A stretch of 64,000 nt of DNA from Nitrosopumilaceae archaeon. Lineage in GTDB: Archaea > Thermoproteota > Nitrososphaeria > Nitrososphaerales > Nitrosopumilaceae. The notes beneath the pieces were generated by a model that worked only from the letters and a program-made list of their open reading frames with translations, was not told where the DNA came from and did no database searches. Made by a program: the position numbers and the translations under genes. The stretch lies in NCBI GenBank assembly GCA_965214835.1, contig CBDCCK010000002.1, forward strand, positions 928,001-992,000. The letters are read 5' to 3'. This document shows positions 19,336-29,660 of the stretch, in pieces (position 1 is the first letter of the stretch; each line of letters opens with the position of its first letter).

Positions 19336-21051
19336 GACCTTATGCGTAAACGAAATTAGCGGCGATGCCCCCGGCGCACGGGCTACAAATGAGGCAAGTC
19401 AGGGCCGGCGCACGCGCGACTGTACCTTACAACGTTGAAAATATTTGATCAAAACCACAACTATTTTCAGACGATTGATTTAGATCCGGGATCCATTCTC
19501 GCATAAGAGTAATGGCAAAGTCCGAGACCGAGCAGATACGACTGCTGAAGAAGAGAATCGAGCAGTACGAGAAGGAGAAGGTACAGGACAGGAAGGAGAA
19601 GGCGCGGGACAAAAAGAAGATCAAGAAGTATGAGAAGAGGATCAAGAGGCACGAGAAGAAGAGCAGGCAGGAGAGGAAGGAGAAGGCGCGGGACAGGACG
19701 GAGAGGATGCAGTACAGGAAGGAGATCAGAGAGTACGAGAAGAAGAGCAGGCAGGACGGCAGGAGGCAGGAGCGGGATCAGGAGAGGATAGGGCAGCTGG
19801 AACAGCAGCTGGACGCCGAGCGCCGGATGTGGCCCGCAACCTGGGATGACGACAGGCGCTCCGCGGACAACGCCGCCCTCATGCACAGGCTCGAGGTGCT
19901 CGATGACATAATCGGTGGCGGGTCCCTGCAGCCCACCACGTCGATGAACCTCCGCCAGTTTGACTACATATATGACCGGTTTACGAAGCTTGCCAAAAAG
20001 CACACAGAAGGCCCCCTGTTCTCAGAAGACGAGGACAACTTGCCCGGAAACCGGTGCAAGCTGTCCTACCGCCACGCCCTGCTGATGTCGCTGATGCGCA
20101 AGTACGGAAACCCGACACAGGAGCAGCTTGCGGCATTCTTTGGCATAGACCAGAGCACCGTATGCAGGTACCTCAGGTATTGCGACATGATATTCACCAA
20201 GATACTGCCCACGCCGGACGCCGTATCGCGAAAGATACGAAACGCCCGCACGATCAAGGAAGTCAAGAAGATCGTCCCGGATCTGACCGTGATTGTAGAC
20301 GGCACGCACATCGACATACAGCGCCCCACAGACAAGGAGCCAAGAAAGGAGGCATACTCTGGCAAGAAGAAGAGCTTTACGCGCAACACCCAGGTGATTG
20401 CCGACAAGAAGGGACTGGCGATGTATGCAAGCAAGTCGGCGCCCGGAAGCACGCACGACCTCACCATGATAAAGAACAACCCACCGGATCTGGGAATCCT
20501 GACTGCCAGGATGCGCAGCAACAGAAAGCACCCCGAGGACGAGAAGGTAAAGATGTTCTCTGATCTGGGATACATGGGAATCGAGGAGGTGTATCCCGGG
20601 GCCACATCCGTGCAGCCCGACAAGAAGCCAAGGAAAGGCAAGCTTACAAAGAAACAGAAAGCGCAGAACAGGAGGATAAGCAGCAAGAGGGTGACAGTAG
20701 AGCACGCCATAGGACGGATAAAGCAGTACAAGCGGATGCGTGATCCGTACGACGGGACCGCCGAGGAGTTCGACAGGGAGTTCCAGGTGACGGCCGGGCT
20801 TGCCAACTTTAGGCTGCTGTGGGACAAGCGGAACAAGAAGCTCATGCATGGGTTCTGATACCACGATACGGAGCGCATTGCGGCGCCACACGATGCCGCA
20901 CTATACTGTAGTTTTTACCAGCTGTAATGGCTCGTAGCTGCACTATATACGGACTCTGCCGCCCTCATACACGTCATGTGATGCCGTCAGCCTTGCATGT
21001 ATGGCCGGCCACCGTCGGAATATTTCGATCCGGTCGATTACGCATAAGGTC
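19336..21051 (+). mobile_element. IS5/ISL2-like (DDE_Tnp_4) element
   Basis: TIR GACCTTATGCGTAA...TTACGCATAAGGTC flanked by TA. Confidence 0.9.
19512..20858 (+). CDS. IS5/ISL2-like transposase with a charged N-terminal coiled coil
   Basis: LAAFFGIDQSTVCR HTH, IVDGTH, YSGKKK, GSTHD, SDLGY, RVTVEHAIGRIK. Confidence 0.92.
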   Translation: MAKSETEQIRLLKKRIEQYEKEKVQDRKEKARDKKKIKKYEKRIKRHEKKSRQERKEKARDRTERMQYRKEIREYEKKSRQDGRRQERDQERIGQLEQQLDAERRMWPATWDDDRRSADNAALMHRLEVLDDIIGGGSLQPTTSMNLRQFDYIYDRFTKLAKKHTEGPLFSEDEDNLPGNRCKLSYRHALLMSLMRKYGNPTQEQLAAFFGIDQSTVCRYLRYCDMIFTKILPTPDAVSRKIRNARTIKEVKKIVPDLTVIVDGTHIDIQRPTDKEPRKEAYSGKKKSFTRNTQVIADKKGLAMYASKSAPGSTHDLTMIKNNPPDLGILTARMRSNRKHPEDEKVKMFSDLGYMGIEEVYPGATSVQPDKKPRKGKLTKKQKAQNRRISSKRVTVEHAIGRIKQYKRMRDPYDGTAEEFDREFQVTAGLANFRLLWDKRNKKLMHGF

Positions 21052-22839
21052 TATTATACAATGATGCCAGAAGAAAGTTCAGGGAGAAAAGGGGCGAGGA
21101 TCCCGGCGGCAGTCCCGGCGATGCTGCTCGGGGCAAGAAACGCGGCCCTCCGTGCGGACACCATGGTACATCGCACGGCAACCGGCCATCCATGACATTA
21201 AGGTACGATCTTGGCTCCAAAATATGCCCAAAGTGCAACATCCAGTTACGGATGCTCAAGCCGATCCACAAGCTTGTCAACGACCTGGACGGTTTTATGC
21301 GCATGATTACTGCCAATGCCATCATCCAAAACGCGGTGTGTCCACAGTGCAATACCGTGCATGTCGCAGCTACCCCGTTTCTAAGCGGCACGTCACTTGG
21401 GCCCGTCTCACTCTCTCTAATCATGATGTTCTTTGAGAAGGGAAACACAGACGAGGACATTGCAGAGTACTTTCAGTATATGTTTGGATTCAGGATGGCC
21501 CCAAATACCGTGACTGCCGCCCGGCACGCAGTGGCAGAGGCGATTCAACAAAACATGATACAACGCATACAGTCGTTCATTGCGGGCAGGCCGTGGATAC
21601 AGATGGACGAGACCGGCTTTAAGCGCGGCGACGGACACATGGGATACGTCTGGGTGCTCAACTGTGAGGGGGCGTGCTTTGTGGTCTTTGCAGATTCCCG
21701 GTCCTCTGAGGTACTGCACACGCACTTTGGATGGCTGGATCCCAAGACTCCCATAGTCGTAGACGGGCTGGCCCAGTACAAGCTGTTCTTTGTGATAATC
21801 CAGAGGTGCTGGAGGCACCTTCTGGCATATGCAGAAAAGCTTGCAGTAAAGATGCCCGAAGGCGATAATGAGAAAAGGTATGACTTGCTGCTGGAATTTT
21901 ACAGGAAGATAGATAAAATCAAGACGCTTGCGCCGCTTACATGCATGGAGCTTTCCAGGGAAGTATACAAAATAATCAACCCGTATGAGGACGTTCACGT
22001 GCGTACACACCTGCTAAACACCATGCCCAACATGTTTACGTGTCTGGCGCATCGGGGAATGCCGCTGCACAACAACGATACGGAGCGGTGCATACGCGAC
22101 GGGATCATACCGCAGCGCAATGCGCGCCACAAGATCGTAACTGACGGGGGAAGAAAGACGGCTTCTGCACTGCTGACGTTCTCGATGACATGCCGCAAGC
22201 AGAATATACATCCTGCCGGCGGACTCTTGAAATACCTGCGGAATCCGGGCTGGGATATCTTTGCAGAAGCAGGAGATGATGATGCGCGCCTGCTGTACTC
22301 GCTTGTCAATACGGACGGTACAAGATACAGCGTCTTTGAGTGTCCCGGGCCGTCGCCGGCGTGGCCGCCTGTAGTCGATGATGACGCAGGCAGTGAAGGA
22401 GGAGCGGTACGCCGGGACCAGACGGCCGTCGTACCAGTAGCAGCTCCGATAGTAACAACATGATCCGTCTGGCGCCTACGGGACGGCGTAACCCGTAGCT
22501 TCATGTCAAAGAATCCGACTGTGTAGGCAAGCCTGCCAGTCAACAACGCCTGGCAAATCTGACAATGCTGGTTTCCTGCAGGTGCCGTCTGCCAATAATC
22601 TGTTGTCTGCGCGCTGCCGGTCTTGCATATGCAAGGGACGTGTGATAATGATGTAGCGGGTCTGTCACAGCAGATGCAGAAGGATCAAAAAGTTCCGGGC
22701 AAAAAGTTTCCTAGTCAGTATAAAAAGGACCTGATGTTGTACCTTTGTTTTTGTTTTCGTCTTCTTCTGGTGAGGACCCCGCTAGAATAGGAACGCTTTT
22801 TCTCGCACACTTTTTGAATAAGGAGGTCGAATCACAAAT

Positions 22840-23130
22840 ATGACCAAGAAAACATGGAGTACACAGGACAAGATAGGGATAGTCATGGAACACCTTAACA
22901 CCAACATCGAAACAGCAGAGCTGTGCTGCCGCCACAACCTCTCCCCCAGGACGTTTTACCAGTGGAGGAAACGCTTTTTGCAGGGCGGACGCGCATCGCT
23001 GTCAGGCAGCGGCCCTGCAACGGCCAAAGGCAGGCTCCAAAAGGAGAACGAATCGCTTAAACATATCATCGGCGAATATGCCATAGCCAATGCGCTTTTA
23101 AAAAAAACCTTGGAGGCAGGCAAAAGGTGA
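22840..23130 (+). CDS. IS3 OrfA
   Basis: HTH, RLQKENESLK..LLKKT; A-run slippery site. Confidence 0.9.
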   Translation: MTKKTWSTQDKIGIVMEHLNTNIETAELCCRHNLSPRTFYQWRKRFLQGGRASLSGSGPATAKGRLQKENESLKHIIGEYAIANALLKKTLEAGKR

Positions 23131-23972
23131 ACGTTGCAATACTGCCAAGGGAGAAGGGCTGGAGCATGGACAAAACCCTGCAGTACAGCGGCGCCTCCAG
23201 AACGGCGTGGTACCACGTAAAAAAGCAGCAAAGACCGACAGAACCGGATCCGCAAACGGTCTTGCTTGTCAGGGGGATCGGCGACAAGAGGCCCACATAC
23301 GGCACGCGCCGCATGGCAGCGCAGATATCCCGCCGGACTGGCGTGCCGACAAACCGCAAGAAGATACAGCAGATATACCGCAATATAGGCTGGATTGCAC
23401 CTCCTAAAAGGGCCAAAAACGACGTAATACGAGCCGGAAAAAGGGACAGGTTCAAGCCCACAGGACCAAACCGGCTGTGGGAGACTGACATCACATACGT
23501 CTGGTGCGGTGTTGATGGGTGGTGCTACTGCTTTAACGTAATTGACACGTTCACCCGGAAGTGGATAACATATGTCTTTGACACACAGGCCACCGCACAG
23601 GTCGCAGTCGAGTCACTGACAAGGGCAGTCTCTACAATCACGGCAGACGAGGCGCACAGGCTGCTGGTCAGAAGACGCGACAACGGCATCCAGTGCACGA
23701 GCCGCCAGTTCAAGGAGAGTATAAAGATTCTGGGAGTCCGGTGCGAGTACATCTGGTACAACACGCCAGAACAGAACGGCCATGTCGAGTCCTTCCACAA
23801 GACCCTCAAAAAGGAGTACGTCTGGCCGCATGACTTTGCCAGGTTCCAGGATGCCGAGGCCGTCTTGGCAGAGGCATTTGAGGACTATAACTCCAAGAGG
23901 ATCCACTCGGCACTGGGATATCTGACACCGGACGAGTTCGTCCGGAAAATGCAGGAGGTGCCGCAAAAGTGA
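23127..23972 (+). CDS. IS3 OrfB integrase
   Basis: WETDITY, DNG, TPEQNGHVESF. Confidence 0.9.
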   Translation: MNVAILPREKGWSMDKTLQYSGASRTAWYHVKKQQRPTEPDPQTVLLVRGIGDKRPTYGTRRMAAQISRRTGVPTNRKKIQQIYRNIGWIAPPKRAKNDVIRAGKRDRFKPTGPNRLWETDITYVWCGVDGWCYCFNVIDTFTRKWITYVFDTQATAQVAVESLTRAVSTITADEAHRLLVRRRDNGIQCTSRQFKESIKILGVRCEYIWYNTPEQNGHVESFHKTLKKEYVWPHDFARFQDAEAVLAEAFEDYNSKRIHSALGYLTPDEFVRKMQEVPQK

Positions 23973-26407
23973 GCGATCAAAGTGTGCATAAAATGTCGCC
24001 AAAATCGTTCCTACTTACAGGGGTTCACTTCAACCTGTCAGGACGCGGACCGCTCCTTCTGCTTGTTGCAATACTGGCGCTTTCTGCCTATACGCACCTG
24101 TGGAATCCGGCAGGATTTCCAGTCTGGCACTTTGATGAGGGGATTTACATAGGTCATGCCTTGGACGCCATGGAACACAAGATACTGTCAGACATACACG
24201 ACCACCCGTTCCTTGGCTGGACGATGCTAGCGGGGTTCCTGCATTTCATTGGATATCCAGACTCCATTGTCACGTCCACGGATCCATTCTCGCCTGACAT
24301 GATTTACGGGGCGCCGCGCATCCTCATGGGCCTGCTTGCAGTCTTGGACACCTTTCTGATCTACAAGATAGCCGAGAAGGGCTTTGGGCGCAGGGCAGCA
24401 CCTATCGCAGCTGCCCTGTTTGCGGTAATGCCTGTATCGCTGATGCTCAGAATGGTCCTGCTGGACTCGATCCTCCTCCCGTTTATCCTGTCTTCAATCC
24501 TGCTTGCCATGCACGCACGTGGTTCTGATCAGAAGGGCGACCAGTCCCACGGGGGAGAGAAGGAACCGCTGCCACCGGTTCCGGGCAGGAAGACCCGCCT
24601 GCTGATTGTCCTGTCGGGCGTCTGCATGGGATGCGCCATACTGACCAAGATCCCCTCGTTTGCGATGATCCCACTGGTTCTTGTTTTGGTCTGGTCGGCC
24701 GGCAAAAGGCCGGAACGGATCCTGACGTGGCTTGTACCCGTGATCCTGATCGCGGCAGCATGGCCCGCGTCTGCCGCATTGGAGGGCGAGCTTGATCAGT
24801 GGATCAACGGCGTCCTGTGGCAGGCAGACAGGGACGGTCAACGCATGCTGGACGCGCTGCGGCAACACATACCGATAGCCCTAGTGCAGGGCCAGGATCC
24901 TGACATACTGACCCATCCTGCGATCCTGCTGGTGGCCGCGGCGCAGATGCTTGCAGTGGATCCTATCATGATGTCGCTGGGAACCGCAGGACTCGTCTTT
25001 GCGGCCGTCACGCGCAACAGGTTTCTGATATTGTGGGTCGTGCCCGTCCTCCTGTTCTTCGGATCAATCGGATACGTGGCGTGGTTCCACCTGGGAATGC
25101 TGTGGACTGCGATGTGTGTTGCCGCCGCCGCACTGATCCACAGTGTAATGGAAAGGACATCTGCGGGAAGGTGGGGTCCGAGGGGGCAGCGCACGCTGCT
25201 GCTGGCGACCGTACTTGTGATCACAGCGCTCGGCCTGTCCACGTCGGGCATGCTTGTACACTGGGACGCGGCATCTGCGTACTCTGAGGCGATATCCTTT
25301 ACACTGCAAAGATATGCGTACTCTGAGGTGGGAATACTTACTAAACCGTTTCCGGAATCGGCGATACCGGGCATCAACAATTTTACCAATTCCGGCATGT
25401 ACGTGACTGATTGGTACGCGCCACTGCAAAAAACCAAAAAGATCGTAATGATAGACTCTGCCGGCAGAATCAGCGGGTATCGGAACGTGGTGGAGGCGAC
25501 CAGCCGCGGCGTCGACAATGCCATACCCCCGGAATCAGATCGGCGTCAGCGGTATCTGGAGATATATGACGGCAGCGGCAGGGTGGCCGAGTTTGAGAGC
25601 CCCCCAAAACCTGACACACTGATACCGTCGATGGTTTTACCACGCGTCAAGCACGGCGTGGATGTGGCGGAGTGGAACCCGCCCGGGTGGGTCTCCCTGC
25701 CCACGTACGGTCCCGCCGGCCGGGCCCTCCACCTTGATGGCACCGCATACGTTACACTTGCCGCCACGCCCGGCCTCGATCTTGGCGGAACCGATCAGTT
25801 CAGCATAGCCTTTTGGATCAAAATACTGGGCTCAGGAGATCCCGACTCGCCGATCATATCAAAGGCGGACGCGGCCGGGCAGCGGGGTATCGTCGTGTGG
25901 AACAACCCCAACGGCAAGGTCTCCCTCCGGATGGCAGACGACGCGTCGAACCAGATCAAGGTCAATACATTCTCTGACCTATCGGACGGCCGCTGGCATC
26001 ATGTCGTGTTTACGTATGACGGCTCCGGGGACAGAGGCGGACTCGACGTGTACGTGGACGGACAGATCGACAACCTGCGCGGGCGCAGTACGTCGCTGAC
26101 CGGATCCGCCGCAAACGATCATCTGCTTGCAATAGGCGCCGGCAGCACAGGCAAGGGGCCTGCGCAGGATACCACATTGGATGGCATCATGATATACTCG
26201 ACACGGCTTCCTGCCGGCTACATATCTGGCGTTCATGAGTGCCACGTGGAGATGGCCACCGTACCGGCCGCCGGAGGAGGCGGCGATCATGCGTGCATGG
26301 GAGACTATGACGATGCACTCCTGGTGTACCTGGAGTTCGAGGGAGACCTGTCGGACTCCTCGGGCGGGGGAGGCGGCACGGCGCACGGGAGTGTCAGGTA
26401 TACATAG
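23969..26407 (+). CDS. GT-C (ArnT/PMT-like, GT39) membrane glycosyltransferase fused to a LamG/ConA-like domain; N-terminus encoded by the IS3 end
   Basis: FDEGIY, DHPFLG, multiple TM helices; FSIAFWIK, DGRWHHVVFTYDG, VYVDG. Confidence 0.85.
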   Translation: MSDQSVHKMSPKSFLLTGVHFNLSGRGPLLLLVAILALSAYTHLWNPAGFPVWHFDEGIYIGHALDAMEHKILSDIHDHPFLGWTMLAGFLHFIGYPDSIVTSTDPFSPDMIYGAPRILMGLLAVLDTFLIYKIAEKGFGRRAAPIAAALFAVMPVSLMLRMVLLDSILLPFILSSILLAMHARGSDQKGDQSHGGEKEPLPPVPGRKTRLLIVLSGVCMGCAILTKIPSFAMIPLVLVLVWSAGKRPERILTWLVPVILIAAAWPASAALEGELDQWINGVLWQADRDGQRMLDALRQHIPIALVQGQDPDILTHPAILLVAAAQMLAVDPIMMSLGTAGLVFAAVTRNRFLILWVVPVLLFFGSIGYVAWFHLGMLWTAMCVAAAALIHSVMERTSAGRWGPRGQRTLLLATVLVITALGLSTSGMLVHWDAASAYSEAISFTLQRYAYSEVGILTKPFPESAIPGINNFTNSGMYVTDWYAPLQKTKKIVMIDSAGRISGYRNVVEATSRGVDNAIPPESDRRQRYLEIYDGSGRVAEFESPPKPDTLIPSMVLPRVKHGVDVAEWNPPGWVSLPTYGPAGRALHLDGTAYVTLAATPGLDLGGTDQFSIAFWIKILGSGDPDSPIISKADAAGQRGIVVWNNPNGKVSLRMADDASNQIKVNTFSDLSDGRWHHVVFTYDGSGDRGGLDVYVDGQIDNLRGRSTSLTGSAANDHLLAIGAGSTGKGPAQDTTLDGIMIYSTRLPAGYISGVHECHVEMATVPAAGGGGDHACMGDYDDALLVYLEFEGDLSDSSGGGGGTAHGSVRYT

Positions 26408-26581
26408 ACATTTATGTTAAAAACACCCGCTCAGAGCGGCGGCGCTTCAAGTTTCTTTTGATCCGTGCCTGTTTGGCCGCCGTATGATTTGGCTAACACT
26501 GCTTGGGGTGGTACGCACACCACTACGGCGGTCACATCATCACATCCTAATGCGGATCATTATTGGGTGGGTGGGGGCGCA

Positions 26582-26720
26582 GAGAGTTGATTCGAAATTA
26601 GCAAACTCTGATTATTTGTCAACGAATTTGTATAGAACGGCTCAAAACACCAACAAAATACAAACTATCTGTGCAATTACATGAAAAATTCACACTGTTT
26701 CTAATTTCGGATCATCTCTC
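26582..26720. mobile_element. 139-bp MITE with GAG ends (IS256-like), decayed
   Basis: GAGAGTTGATTCGAAATTAGCAAAC versus GTTTCTAATTTCGGATCATCTCTC inverted repeat. Confidence 0.7.
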
Positions 26721-26742
26721 AGGTGCATCTTCCCGGCTCCGG

Positions 26743-27921
26743 TCAGTCAGGATGATCTTGGGGGGGGGGGTGATGGTGGTGGGCCGAGTCGGGGATGTGC
26801 TGCGCACGGACGCCGCTTGCCTGGCAGTCCAGACTCACATTGCTGCACAGGCTCCTCATGTACCGATCCAGCTGTCTGCCTGACCGATCAATTGACAGTC
26901 TTTTGAGGTAGTGCAGTCGTCCTTGCATGGCAACGCGCCTCCGGAGGACGTCGTCGTCTCTCAGCTGCAAGATGCACCGGGCCAGCTCCTCAGGCGAGTT
27001 GGACTGCACCAGCATGCAGTTCTCCTTGTCGACCAGGCCGGCCTCGCGCGTCGTGGGCGTGCTTAACGTAATCAAGGGCTTGGCCGATGACAGGGCCTGG
27101 TTAATCTTGTTGGGCATGGATCCCTTCATCTTGTCGTTTATCTGGAACAGTCCGAGGCACACGTCGCTACCCTGTATGCATTCTAGCAGCGGTGACGACG
27201 TCAAGAGTCCTAAGAATCTCATGTTGGACAGGCGGTTTTGCTTGGCGTACTGTCTGATTTCGTCCTCGCCTTGGCCGCTGCCACAGAAGACAAACGTTAT
27301 GTCCTTTTCATCGGACAGCTGCCTGGCGGCCTTTGCTATGGCCTCTACGCCAGACATGGGAATGAACGTCCCAAAATACAGCACGACGAACTCGTCCGTC
27401 CTCTCCTTGAACGGAAGCGGCGCAAAAAGCGGCTCGTATGCGGCAGGCCAGAGCCGGCGAAACTTTTCCCTAGGCAGGCCATATTCCCTGACAAAGAATT
27501 CGATCTGAAAGGTGCTTTCCATCACTACCAGATCCGCCCACCTGCAGGCGGTTTTTTCTGCAAAGCGGACGAATTTTGCCCTCAGCGAGTTTTTGTGGAT
27601 TTTTTTGCGGTAGGTCACTAGCGTCTCGTAGATCAACAGCGTAGGAAAATACACGATCGGCTTTTTGTGGATCAGCTTGGCAAGCGGGAGCGTGACTATT
27701 CCCTTCCACGGGATTATCATCACGTCATAGTCGATTCTCCTGTGCTTTAGGAACAGCCGAATATACGCTCCAATGACCTGGCCGTAGGAATCGCAGTGCT
27801 CATGACACTCCGCCGTTTCATGTCCCTGCGACTCGCAGATTGCCTTTAGCAGCTCTCCACTATTGTTCGACGGAATACCGTTAGCCGATCTAACATAGGA
27901 GCCAAAGAGACACACCCTCAA
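26743..27921 (-). CDS. GT4 family glycosyltransferase
   Basis: VLYFGTFIPMSGVE, SDVCLG, MPNKINQAL. Confidence 0.88.
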   Translation of the reverse strand: MRVCLFGSYVRSANGIPSNNSGELLKAICESQGHETAECHEHCDSYGQVIGAYIRLFLKHRRIDYDVMIIPWKGIVTLPLAKLIHKKPIVYFPTLLIYETLVTYRKKIHKNSLRAKFVRFAEKTACRWADLVVMESTFQIEFFVREYGLPREKFRRLWPAAYEPLFAPLPFKERTDEFVVLYFGTFIPMSGVEAIAKAARQLSDEKDITFVFCGSGQGEDEIRQYAKQNRLSNMRFLGLLTSSPLLECIQGSDVCLGLFQINDKMKGSMPNKINQALSSAKPLITLSTPTTREAGLVDKENCMLVQSNSPEELARCILQLRDDDVLRRRVAMQGRLHYLKRLSIDRSGRQLDRYMRSLCSNVSLDCQASGVRAQHIPDSAHHHHPPPQDHPD

Positions 27922-28123
27922 TGGTATTCAGAGCATATCTTGAAATAATATCTTTTCTGTTGCCATCGGGATTGGTGGCGATGGTGCGACATAATTTTCA
28001 TATAATACAATACGACACATATCTGGATTGAAAGAGTTTACCCCTCAGGCGACATTACTGGTCGGAGCATTCCTGATCACGCTTGCTGTGCCGTATCTCA
28101 TTGGAGGGGCAGACTCTCATCTG

Positions 28124-28141
28124 GATTACGCATAAAGTCTA
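28124..28141. repeat. solo IS5-like TIR truncating a signal-peptide gene start (from about 28028)
   Basis: GATTACGCATAAAGTC-TA, identical to the MITE end. Confidence 0.7.
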
Positions 28142-28166
28142 ATAAAGACAAAATTTCCAAGTATTT

Positions 28167-29582
28167 CAGTACTTCCTAGATGTACTTTTGCAGACCCGAC
28201 ACGGCACCTCCGCTACTTTCCGCGATCGTTTACAAACGAGTCGGCCGCATCGACAATGCACGCGACAAACAGCATCATGGTAAACCCCTTCCCTCCTGCA
28301 AATCCGTCCCACTTGGATTCCACGTCTATGAACACGGCAGTCCTCCACAGGTTGTACAGTATGACAGACATATAGAACAGCAGCAGCCTGACGACCGGGG
28401 AATTGCTGCACGTCTTGCCCATTATCCCCTTGATCACCCTGAACCCGGTCTCGATTCCCCACCGACTGCGGTACTCCTCCGGTATCTGCTCAATGACTGC
28501 CTCTGCACTTTTAGCAGACATGTTGGTGGCAAAGACCAGATACCTGTCGGCTATGGTCTCTTCTGCCTTGTCCTTCTTTGCTGCTGCCGTGCCGTCCTTT
28601 TCTACCTCGTCCTTTTCCACAATGACTAGCCTGAATGTGGCGCTCTTGCCGTCCTTGTTGGTCATTGTATATTTTGATACCGCACCGCGTTCTCCGCGGT
28701 CATGCTCCTCTATTGCCGCCACTATCCTCCTGTTCTTGACGGCAGGCATGATGTAGCTGCCCGTGCTTGTTTCTGCAGCCCTCATGCAGTCCACGTTAAA
28801 GAACCCGCGGTCATACAGGAACGTCTTGATCCTCATCCCTGATCTGGACGCCTTGCGGATCATTTTAGGCACGAAATCGGCCAGTTTTGCCTCTTTTGGA
28901 AGCTGCAGCGAGGAAAGCACGAGGTCAGACCCGTCATCTGATCCTATTCCGTGCATGGTAATGTGCGAGAGAAACGTCGACGTGCCGTTCTTGGGCTTTG
29001 ACTTTCTGGCGATATCCTCCAGGCCCTTGCCATAGTATTCCACGTCGGTAACGTCCACTGCCACGACGTCCGTGTTGTGCAGCATGCCTGACCTGCGGGC
29101 GCACCTTACCGTATGCTGCAGCATGGAGCTGCACCACTTTTGCGCATCATCCAGGCTGACGCCCCGGATCGCCTTTAGGATCCAGTCCGGACTAGGCGTA
29201 CGGCAACTATACGCGCCGCCCTTGGAGGCAGCCCCGTCGTCATGCTGCTGCCTGCTGCATTTTGAGGCCCGCCTGCGAAGGTGCGTCACGGCAGATTCTG
29301 CAAACATCCTCCTCTCAGACATGAAATATAGAACGCGCAGTGCGTCGATGTGGTCATACACTGCGTTGCGACTCTTTGAGACGGCCAGCCCGAGCTTGGG
29401 AAACCGCCGTCGCAATGTTTTAAACTGTCTCGATGTTATGTCAAACTGGTGTGCAAACACGTCGTTTTGTGTTGGTATCATGATGATGGTTGGCACACCG
29501 CCTGATCTATAGTATGATGGTCAAAAAATCTCGGCAAATTGCGTAATTATCGTGCCTGCAAAAGTACATCGAGGAACTACTG
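28167..29582 (-). mobile_element. ISH3-family element, copy 1
   Basis: TIR CAGTACTTCCTAGATGTACTTTTGCAG; 4-bp duplication ATTT; 1416 bp. Confidence 0.9.
28213..29496 (-). CDS. ISH3/IS4-type DDE transposase
   Basis: VAVDVT, YDRGF, YRSRWGIETGFRVIK. Confidence 0.92.
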   Translation of the reverse strand: MPTIIMIPTQNDVFAHQFDITSRQFKTLRRRFPKLGLAVSKSRNAVYDHIDALRVLYFMSERRMFAESAVTHLRRRASKCSRQQHDDGAASKGGAYSCRTPSPDWILKAIRGVSLDDAQKWCSSMLQHTVRCARRSGMLHNTDVVAVDVTDVEYYGKGLEDIARKSKPKNGTSTFLSHITMHGIGSDDGSDLVLSSLQLPKEAKLADFVPKMIRKASRSGMRIKTFLYDRGFFNVDCMRAAETSTGSYIMPAVKNRRIVAAIEEHDRGERGAVSKYTMTNKDGKSATFRLVIVEKDEVEKDGTAAAKKDKAEETIADRYLVFATNMSAKSAEAVIEQIPEEYRSRWGIETGFRVIKGIMGKTCSNSPVVRLLLFYMSVILYNLWRTAVFIDVESKWDGFAGGKGFTMMLFVACIVDAADSFVNDRGK

Positions 29583-29660
29583 ATTTGTAAGTTGTATGGT
29601 TCCGTTTAGAGGCGGAGAGAAAAGAGACGCCACCCACAAAAAAATCAGTGTAATTTCCCT

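Larger units (their letters stand above)
19147..22463 (+). pseudogene. IS66-like transposase split by the IS5 insertion (19147-19335 joined to 21054-22463)
   Basis: Rejoins in frame PTPTPSL(L)YNDARRK; QMDETG, QRCWRHLL, HNNDTERCIR. Confidence 0.88.
18921..22742 (+). mobile_element. single-ORF IS66-like element, interrupted by an IS5-like element
   Basis: 29-bp TIR GTACAACWTCAGGTCCTTTTTATACTGAC at both ends. Confidence 0.88.
22769..24035 (+). mobile_element. IS3-family element, divergent from the 17.4-kb copy
   Basis: GGTGAGGACCCC ... GGGGTTCACTTCAACC; no target duplication. Confidence 0.88.

Noticed and set aside
20022-20891. Long antisense ORFs over transposases (also 29799-30668, 54580-55425, 62357-63100)
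   Set aside because: Shadow frames of well-supported genes on the other strand, with no motifs.
26760-26770. G11 run as a phase-variation switch
   Set aside because: It lies in the last few codons of the GT4 tail, so slippage would barely change the protein.
28032-28044. AAGAGTTTACCCC match to the 17223 MITE end
   Set aside because: It lacks the terminal GTA/GCA and a partner end, and reads as the start of a signal-peptide ORF.
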